DNA from: an uncultured delta proteobacterium
GTDB taxonomy: Bacteria; Desulfobacterota; Binatia; HRBIN30; BPIQ01
Length of the DNA: 64,000 nucleotides
Direction of reading: 5' to 3'
Assembly: GCA_963761335.1 (NCBI GenBank)
Contig: CAVXGR010000009.1
Coordinates: 1-64,000 of the forward strand
Shown piece after piece: positions 57,710 through 64,000 of this stretch (positions are counted from its first letter, which is position 1; each line of letters starts with the position of its first letter). The position numbers and the translations under genes are program-made. Below the pieces are notes generated by a model. The model searched no databases. It saw only the letters and a program-made list of their open reading frames with translations, and was not told the origin of the DNA.

Positions 57710-58866
57710 GCGACTTCCGCAAGCTGCGCGGCTCCGCCGCCATCGTCGGCGTTGCCGAGTCGGACGAGCTCGGGCGCCTGCCGGACAAGTCGGCCCTCGC
57801 CCTCCACATGGAGGCGACGCACAACGCCCTCGCCGACGCCGGCCTGAAGAAGAGCGACATCGACGCGGTGTTCACCTCGGGCCGCAACATGGCCAACGAC
57901 CTGCCCGAGTACCTCGGCATCCGGCCGCGCTTCGTCGGCGGCACCCAGGTGGGCGGCTGCTCCTTCATCCTGCACGTCGAGCACGCCATGGCGGCCATCC
58001 ACGCCGGGCTCTGCGAGGTGGCGCTGATCACCCACGGCGAGAGTGGAGCGTCGCGCATCGCCATGCCGACACCGCGCTGGGGAGAGGACTCGACCAACAA
58101 CCAGTTCGAGCTGCCCTACGGTACCCTGGGGCCGGCGACGGGCTATGGGTTCCTGGCGACCCGCCACATGCACCAGTACGGCACCACCAGCGAGCAGCTG
58201 GCCGAGGTCGCGGTGGCGACGCGCAAGTGGGCGGCGCTGAACCCCAAGGCTCTGATGCGCGACCCGATCACCGTCGACGATGTTCTCGGCTCGCGGCTGA
58301 TCGCCTGGCCCTTCCACCTGCTCGACTGTTGCCTGGTCACCGACGCCGGCGGCGCCGCCATCGTCACCTCCGCGGAGCGCGCCCGCGACCTGGCAAAGCC
58401 GCCCGTCTACGTGCTGGGCACCGGCGAGTGCGTCACTCATCAGATGGTGAGCCAGATGCCGGCGTTCGACCGCTGGGACGCCGCCATCGACTCGGGCCGC
58501 CGCGCCTTCGAGATGTCGGGGGTCGCGCCCGGCGACATCGACGTCGCCGAGCTCTACGACGCCTTCACCATCGTTCCCATGCTGGCGCTCGAATCCCTCG
58601 GCTTCTGCAAGCCCGGCGAGAGCGGCGCCTTCGTCTCCGGCCAGCGCACCGCGCCTGGCGGCGACTTCCCGATGAACACCAACGGCGGCGGCCTCTCCTA
58701 CACGCACACCGGGATGTACGGCATCTTCACCATCATCGAGGCGGTGCGGCAGCTGCGCGGCGAGTGCGGCGAGCGGCAGGTGAAGGGAGCGAAGACGGCG
58801 ATCTGCCACGGCACCGGCGGCACCTGGAGCGCCGCGGCGACGTTGATCGTCTCGACCGAGCGCTAG
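57706..58866 (+). CDS. SCP2-type thiolase-like protein
   Basis: AAIVGVAES, GGCSF, HLLDCCLVTDAGGA, ELYDAFT, NTNGGGLSYTHTG; ATGA overlap with the OB-fold gene. Confidence 0.93.
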   Translation: MSDFRKLRGSAAIVGVAESDELGRLPDKSALALHMEATHNALADAGLKKSDIDAVFTSGRNMANDLPEYLGIRPRFVGGTQVGGCSFILHVEHAMAAIHAGLCEVALITHGESGASRIAMPTPRWGEDSTNNQFELPYGTLGPATGYGFLATRHMHQYGTTSEQLAEVAVATRKWAALNPKALMRDPITVDDVLGSRLIAWPFHLLDCCLVTDAGGAAIVTSAERARDLAKPPVYVLGTGECVTHQMVSQMPAFDRWDAAIDSGRRAFEMSGVAPGDIDVAELYDAFTIVPMLALESLGFCKPGESGAFVSGQRTAPGGDFPMNTNGGGLSYTHTGMYGIFTIIEAVRQLRGECGERQVKGAKTAICHGTGGTWSAAATLIVSTER

Positions 58867-59576
58867 GGCTGCAGGCGGTCGGCGTCGCCCGGGACGACGC
58901 CCGCAGGCGATGGGTTGTCGGCGCCCGCCATGCCGACTCCGCCCCGATCGGCGCTGACCATGCGGCGCCCGAAGGGTTCCGCCGCCGGCGCGCAGGAGCA
59001 GCTGCCGGGGTCGCACACGACGCGGAAGCGCTGCGGCAGAGGCGTGTCGCCGTACTTGGTCCGCTGGCACAAGCCCTTGGCGCGACGATAGATGTTCTCG
59101 ATGCGGACGGCCTCGAACTCGTGCTCGCCAGGGTCGAGGCCCTCGCAGTCCTGAACGGCGTGCGCCACCTCGTGCAGCAGCGAGGCGGTCGGGTCTCGGT
59201 CGACGGCCGCATCGGGATCGCCGTCGCAGCCGCGCTCCAACGGAGTGCGCAGAGCCGGGTTCCAGCTGATCGTGCGCACGCGATCCGCATCCGCTCCGTC
59301 GGGCCGATCGATCGAGTTGCGATCCGCCTGAAAGTCCGTACACACCTGATAGCGGTGCACCGTGCAGGCGCGGAACTTGCGCAGCAGCGCGCGGACCTCA
59401 GCCGATCCGCCGCAGGGGTCGATACTCGTCTCGATGTCGACCAGAGCGCGCATCACCCGCGCCTGCCGGGCCGGTGCATCACAGACGACCGGCGGCCCCT
59501 CGGCTCGCGCAGCGACAGCCGCACCGAGGAGGACCATCCCCATCGCGGAGAGAAGGAGCAGGCAGGCAGGGCGCAT
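58863..59576 (-). CDS. secreted Cys-rich zinc metalloprotease-like protein (M91-like motifs)
   Basis: Signal peptide; SLLHEVAHA then EAVRIENIYRRAKGLCQRTKY. Confidence 0.7.
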   Translation of the reverse strand: MRPACLLLLSAMGMVLLGAAVAARAEGPPVVCDAPARQARVMRALVDIETSIDPCGGSAEVRALLRKFRACTVHRYQVCTDFQADRNSIDRPDGADADRVRTISWNPALRTPLERGCDGDPDAAVDRDPTASLLHEVAHAVQDCEGLDPGEHEFEAVRIENIYRRAKGLCQRTKYGDTPLPQRFRVVCDPGSCSCAPAAEPFGRRMVSADRGGVGMAGADNPSPAGVVPGDADRLQP

Positions 59577-59896
59577 CGGCGAAAGTTCCTACGCCTCAAG
59601 CATGCCCGGGGCCAAAACGAGACATTGATTTTGAATGGGAAATTTCGGATTCACTGCGGCGAATTGTTGGCGCTCGGCGACAACCCCCATCTCGGCTGAT
59701 TCCGGGCGCCGGGCCCTAAGGATTTCTTTATCTATTCAAAACGACGGGCGAATCCAAGCGAAAAGTTCGCCGGCCCGCGACTTGGCGGACTGCCGGCAGG
59801 TAAACTTTGCAGCGGCGTCTTTCGATCCTTCCGCCAAACGGGGCGGGTATCGGCCGAGGCGCCTACAGACCGACACCACGCATCCTCCCCGGCTAC

Positions 59897-59912
59897 GGGC
59901 ATCCGTCTTGCT
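59897..59912 (+). promoter_or_regulatory. sigma-54 promoter candidate for the second BON gene
   Basis: GGGCATCCGTCTTGCT (GG-N10-GC, TTGCT). Confidence 0.45.
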
Positions 59913-59973
59913 CTTCACCCGTGGCGGGGACCAGAGCCGATCGCCGCGGCGCGCGGCGCGGCGGTCGGCTCAT

Positions 59974-60003
59974 CTAGACACACCTAGACACACCCTAGAC
60001 ACA
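59974..60003 (+). repeat. three direct copies of CTAGACACA at 10-11 bp spacing
   Basis: Copies start at 59974, 59984 and 59995, immediately before the RBS. Confidence 0.7.
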
Positions 60004-60020
60004 GAGAAAGGAGAGGAACG

Positions 60021-60470
60021 ATGAAGACCATGCTCACAGCAGTGCTGGCGGCATCGCTTGCCTTCGCAGTCGGCGGCTGCACCAACAATACGCCGGGAGC
60101 GAATACCGATGCCCAGATCACCGCGAAAGTGAAGACGCAGCTGGCGGAGTCCAACATGCCGCAGCTGGCAAGAGTGGACGTCGACACCACCAACGGCACC
60201 GTCTATCTGCGCGGCACCGTCTCCACGGCCGACACCAAGACTCGGGCCGGCGACATCGCCCGCAACACCGGCGGCGTCGACAAGGTGGTCAACAACCTGC
60301 AGATCTCCATGGCCGGCGACAATCCGCCAGCCGCGAACCCGAATCCCCCGCCGCCGGCGGAGAACAATCCGCCCGCCGGAAACCCGGGGGCCAATCCTCC
60401 CGCGGTAAATCCCGGAGTGAACCCGCCGCCGGCAGAGCAGCCCGGACAGCCGGGACAGCCGATGCAGTGA
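60021..60470 (+). CDS. BON-domain lipoprotein with Pro/Asn-rich tail
   Basis: Lipobox VGGC; DAQITAKVKTQL...VDVDTTNGTVYLRGTV...GVDKVVNNLQI; NPP repeats. Confidence 0.9.
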   Translation: MKTMLTAVLAASLAFAVGGCTNNTPGANTDAQITAKVKTQLAESNMPQLARVDVDTTNGTVYLRGTVSTADTKTRAGDIARNTGGVDKVVNNLQISMAGDNPPAANPNPPPPAENNPPAGNPGANPPAVNPGVNPPPAEQPGQPGQPMQ

Positions 60471-60566
60471 CAGGCAGGGCCGCGCTCACATGTTCGCGAA
60501 ATGAAACCAGCGCGACGCAACTCGGTGGGATCGCGCCTGAAACTTGCGGTTGCGATTCTGCTGATC

Positions 60567-60608
60567 GGGAGGCCGGAGCACAGCCGTGCTCCGGCCCTCC
60601 CTTCTTTT
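60567..60608 (+). terminator. probable intrinsic terminator
   Basis: ggccggagcac-agcc-gtgctccggcc hairpin followed by cttctttt. Confidence 0.5.
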
Positions 60609-60648
60609 CCGGCGCCGGCGCTCGCAAAACCCTGAAGCGGCGGCGCCT

Positions 60649-61776
60649 CTACTTTCCGCCGACCGCCTCGGCGAGTCGGGCGACGTCGTCCTCGTCGTTG
60701 TAGAAGTGCGGGGAGACGCGAACCCCGCCGGCGCGCGGGCGGGCGACGATGCCGCTGGCGGACAGGCGCGCCAGCAGCGCCTGCGGATCGCCGCGCCGGA
60801 AGGTGATGATCCCCGAACGGAGGAGATCATCTCCCCAGGGGCTGAGAATGTCGGCGCCGCGGCGCCGCAGCTCTTCGCCGATCGAGCGCGTCAGCGCCAG
60901 AACTCTCTCCTCGACGGCCTGCGGGCCGACCTCGAGCAGGAGATCCAGCGCTGCGCCCAGCGCCTGCACGCCGAGCTGCGGCGGACTCCCCGGCTCGAAC
61001 CTGGCGGCATCGGGCCGCGGATGAAAATGATACGGGAGGTAGGTATCGGCGTCGGTGACGCTCTTCCAGCCGTGCAGCACCGAGTGCACGCGCTCGAGGA
61101 GGCGTGCCGAGATGTACAGGCAGCCGACTCCCTCCGGTGCCAGCATCCACTTGTGGCCGCCGACCGCCAGGCAGTCGACGCCCTGCAGCTCGACATCGAG
61201 GCGGATGGCACCGACGCCCTGAATGCCGTCGACGCAGAGGAGAATGCCGCGCTGGCGACAGAACGAGGCGATCGAGGCCAGATCGTTGCGACCGCCGCGC
61301 TGCCAGTCGACGAAGCTCACCGCCGCCACCCGGGTACGCCCGTCGGCGGCGGCGGCGATGTCGTCGGCGCCGACCATCCCGTTTCTCGACTGCACCAGGC
61401 GGGTCTCCACACCGTGGCCGCGCAGGCCGAACCAGGGGTAGACGTTCGACGGATATTCGCCGTCGACGGCGACGACGTTGTCGCCGTCGCGCCAGTCCAG
61501 ACCCGCGGCCACCAGAGACAGGCCTTCGGAGGTGTTCTTCACGAAGGCGATCTCCTCCGGCCGCGCGCCGACGAGGCGGGCAAAGGCGGCGCGCACCTCC
61601 TCGCCGCGCGCCTCCCAGCGCTTCTGGATGGAGCGCTCGACCACCATCGCCTCGTCGGCGAAGGCCTTCACCGCCGCGGCGACGCGCCGCGGGATCGGCG
61701 AGATGCCGGCGTGGTTCAGATGCAGCAGTCGCTCGGTGATGGGAAACTCCCGCCGCCAGCGTCTCCAGTCGCTCAT
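60649..61776 (-). CDS. class V PLP-dependent aminotransferase (cysteine desulfurase-like)
   Basis: LNHAGISP, NTSEGL, VDGIQGVG, GGHKWMLAPEG, RVSPHFYN. Confidence 0.92.
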   Translation of the reverse strand: MSDWRRWRREFPITERLLHLNHAGISPIPRRVAAAVKAFADEAMVVERSIQKRWEARGEEVRAAFARLVGARPEEIAFVKNTSEGLSLVAAGLDWRDGDNVVAVDGEYPSNVYPWFGLRGHGVETRLVQSRNGMVGADDIAAAADGRTRVAAVSFVDWQRGGRNDLASIASFCRQRGILLCVDGIQGVGAIRLDVELQGVDCLAVGGHKWMLAPEGVGCLYISARLLERVHSVLHGWKSVTDADTYLPYHFHPRPDAARFEPGSPPQLGVQALGAALDLLLEVGPQAVEERVLALTRSIGEELRRRGADILSPWGDDLLRSGIITFRRGDPQALLARLSASGIVARPRAGGVRVSPHFYNDEDDVARLAEAVGGK

Positions 61777-61804
61777 GGCGCGCATCATACAGAAACGCCG
61801 AGAT

Positions 61805-62302
61805 GGGGACACGCTACTTTTGCCTACTCGGACTCTCGGCACTGCTGCGAGCTCGGCAGCAAAAGTTGCCTGCTTCGAAAATCTGTTGGGTGAAGGTCTG
61901 GCGGAGTCCCGGCGCTGGGGTGGAGGCTTATCGCCCCGGAGGGGCGTAGGCATGTAGCCCCGGGTGTCAACCCGGGGACCGCGTTCCGATTGGCCCAGAT
62001 CAGCGCCCCGGAAGGGCGCGGGCGTAGAGGCCGCGTGAATCACCTCGATGAGCGTCCCACGCACCCAGCGGTGAGCATCGGCGTAGAGGCGCGACATCGA
62101 CGGAAGTTTGCCCGCGCCCCCTGGCGGGGCGCCTATGACGAAGCGCGCATTTTTCCCGGGTTTCACCCGGGGCTACACGCCACCGCCCCTCCGGGGCGAA
62201 CTTCGCCCAGGCGAGAACCGCCAAATCTCTCTACGGGGCAGATCCCCAGCCTCATCTTCATCGTCTGCTGGCGAGCCGCAAGGTTCATGAGGCACTGTCC
62301 CC
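61805..62302 (+). mobile_element. repeat-targeting element, copy F (body 61872-62294)
   Basis: Junctions aaaagttgc-CT-gcttcg and ggca-CT-gtcccc; full internal REP palindromes. Confidence 0.88.
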
Positions 62303-62357
62303 TTCACCGCGGGACAGCGTGACGTCGGCGGCGGCTCTGTGCTAGGCTCCGCGGCGC

Positions 62358-62822
62358 ATGGCCAAGTTCCCCACCGAGGTCGAGCACTCGGTCACTGTCA
62401 AGGTGCCGCTGCCGCGCGCCTACGACTACATGTGGGACGTCCTCACGTCATCGCAGTGCATCAGCGGGCTCGACAGCTGCGAGCGCACCAAGAAGGACAC
62501 CTATCGCTTCGTCTTCGAGGAACGCTCCACCGGGCCGGTGAGCCTGGTGCCGGTCTACACCGCCCGCTACGAAGGCAACGGCAAGGACCGCATCACCTTC
62601 AAGGGCACCGGCGCCACGGGTGACAACACCGACGTCGACGGCACCATCGAGCTGCACGCCAAGGGCGACTCCACCCGCATCACGCTGCGGCAGATGATCG
62701 CGCCGGACACCCCGGTGCCGCGCCTGGTGCAGGGGCTCATCCGCTCGTTCGTCGAGCGCGAGGCCTCCGGGGCGGTGAAGCAGTACCTGGCGAACGTCAG
62801 GAAGACGCTCGAGTCGTCCTAG
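62358..62822 (+). CDS. SRPBCC/CoxG-like protein
   Basis: VEHSVTVKVPLPRAYDYMWDV...CISGLDSC; C-terminal long helix. Confidence 0.75.
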   Translation: MAKFPTEVEHSVTVKVPLPRAYDYMWDVLTSSQCISGLDSCERTKKDTYRFVFEERSTGPVSLVPVYTARYEGNGKDRITFKGTGATGDNTDVDGTIELHAKGDSTRITLRQMIAPDTPVPRLVQGLIRSFVEREASGAVKQYLANVRKTLESS

Positions 62823-63363
62823 CTGCCTCGAGGACCTTCGTCGAAGCGGCGGGCTCGAGGTCGATGTCCAGCGTCTCCATGAGACGCGCCATGGTCATGT
62901 AGAACCCGATTGCCAGGATCAGCTCGACGATCTCCTGCGGCGAGAAGGATTTCTCCATCTCCCCGAAGGTGTCGTCACACACCCGCACGTCGCGCACCAG
63001 CTCGGTGGTGAACTCGAGCAGGAGCCGCTCTCTGTCGCTGAAGGAGTCGGCATCGACGTCGCCTTCGTCGAGCGCCTGGATCTGCTGCGGAGTCACCCCG
63101 ACCGCCTCGGCGATGGCAACGTGCTGCACCCACTCGTATTCCGCCGGCGAGAGCTTGGCGACCTGGAGAATTGCCAGCTCCCGCAAGCTGGCATCGAGCT
63201 TCTGCTGGGAGAGAATCACCGACCCCAGGCGCAGCAGAGGCCGGAAGCAGGTCTCGGCGTGCGCCATCAGACGGAAGATGTTCAGCTTGACCGGAAGCTC
63301 GTCGAGCGTCTTGCGGACTTCCTCGGAGGCCTTCTGCGGATCTGCGTAGGGAATACGAGCCAT
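62797..63363 (-). CDS. carboxymuconolactone decarboxylase/AhpD-like protein
   Basis: LNIFRLMAHA, LRELAILQVA, YEWVQH, EIVELILAIGFY. Confidence 0.88.
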   Translation of the reverse strand: MARIPYADPQKASEEVRKTLDELPVKLNIFRLMAHAETCFRPLLRLGSVILSQQKLDASLRELAILQVAKLSPAEYEWVQHVAIAEAVGVTPQQIQALDEGDVDADSFSDRERLLLEFTTELVRDVRVCDDTFGEMEKSFSPQEIVELILAIGFYMTMARLMETLDIDLEPAASTKVLEAARTTRASS

Positions 63364-63438
63364 GGCATCCTCCTGGCTCTGCACGATGGGCGCAATCCGC
63401 GGGAGGCGCAAGCTCCGCCGCGGCGCCGGCGCCGGCGG

Positions 63439-64000
63439 TCACGCCATGAACAGCCCGCCGTTCACGTCCAGCGCCACGCCGTTGATGTACGACGCCTCGT
63501 CGGAGGCGAGAAAGGCGATCACCGCCGCCTGCTCCTCTGGCGTCGACAGGCGCTTGATCGGCATGAAGTATCCGTAGGCCGCCAGGCGCTCGGCGCGCGA
63601 CCTCGCCTCGGCCTCCGAGCCGGCGCGGGCGACACCGCCGGCGCGGATCATCGGCGTATCGACGCCGCCGGGGCAGATGGCGTTGACGCGCACGCCGCGC
63701 GGGCCGTAGTCGAAGGCGAGGTGCCGGGTCAGCCCGAGGAGCCCGGCCTTGCTGGCGCTGTAGGCGAGTCCGCCGTTGGCGCTCTTCGAGCGACCGGCCA
63801 GCGAGGACACATTCACCACGGCGCCGTGACCGCGCGCCGCCATCCCCGGCAGCAGCGCCCGGCACCAGTGGAACGGCCCGCTCAGGTTCACCCCCATCAC
63901 CAGTTGCCAGCGGCCGTCCTCGATCCCTTCGATGCCCTCCATGCCGGCGGTGTCGCCGATGCCGGCAACGTTCGCCAGCACTTCGGCGGCGCCAAGGTCG
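63439..64000 (-). CDS. short-chain dehydrogenase/reductase (5' end outside the window)
   Basis: LANVAGI, NVSSLAG, YSASKAG, RVNAICPG, ASYING...VNGG. Confidence 0.93.
   Translation of the reverse strand, partial: DLGAAEVLANVAGIGDTAGMEGIEGIEDGRWQLVMGVNLSGPFHWCRALLPGMAARGHGAVVNVSSLAGRSKSANGGLAYSASKAGLLGLTRHLAFDYGPRGVRVNAICPGGVDTPMIRAGGVARAGSEAEARSRAERLAAYGYFMPIKRLSTPEEQAAVIAFLASDEASYINGVALDVNGGLFMA

Noticed and set aside
14243..62302. CRISPR-like reading of conserved arms with unique ~30-nt loops
   Set aside because: Copies are dispersed singletons, the arms are inverted rather than direct, and no cas genes are present; better explained as variable loops of a target hairpin family.
1..64000. 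tRNA, rRNA or known riboswitch genes
   Set aside because: No cloverleaf, rRNA-like tract or recognisable aptamer seen by eye; an Infernal/tRNAscan run would be needed to exclude them fully.

Overview
A high-GC bacterial chromosome segment. Gene content is dominated by lipid/steroid/aromatic-type catabolic genes: luciferase-like monooxygenases, acyl-CoA ligases, an acyl-CoA dehydrogenase, two thiolase-like/OB-fold pairs, a CoA-transferase, a P450 and amidohydrolases. It also has a MacAB-TolC-type exporter and BON/OmpA lipoproteins. This mix is reminiscent of Binatia/Deltaproteobacteria-like genomes (inference only). The window begins inside an IS91-family (HUH, Y2) transposase that the ORF track misses. 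A ~12 kb accessory segment (41.2-53.3 kb) holds a large secreted protein, a STAND-type regulator, and MNT-HEPN and Phd-PIN toxin-antitoxin pairs; most of these genes are broken by indels. The most striking signal is non-coding: intergenic regions contain at least seven families of palindromic REP/REPIN/MITE-like repeats, often nested. One ~420-bp non-coding element occurs six times. In the five copies with an intact left junction it interrupts a small GGGGACAGG...CCTGTCCCC hairpin at exactly the same position, with a CT(G) core duplicated at both junctions, while the hairpin loops differ from copy to copy. This suggests a non-autonomous, site-specific, repeat-targeting mobile element; an IS110/bridge-type mechanism is a hypothesis only. 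No rRNA, tRNA or CRISPR array was seen.
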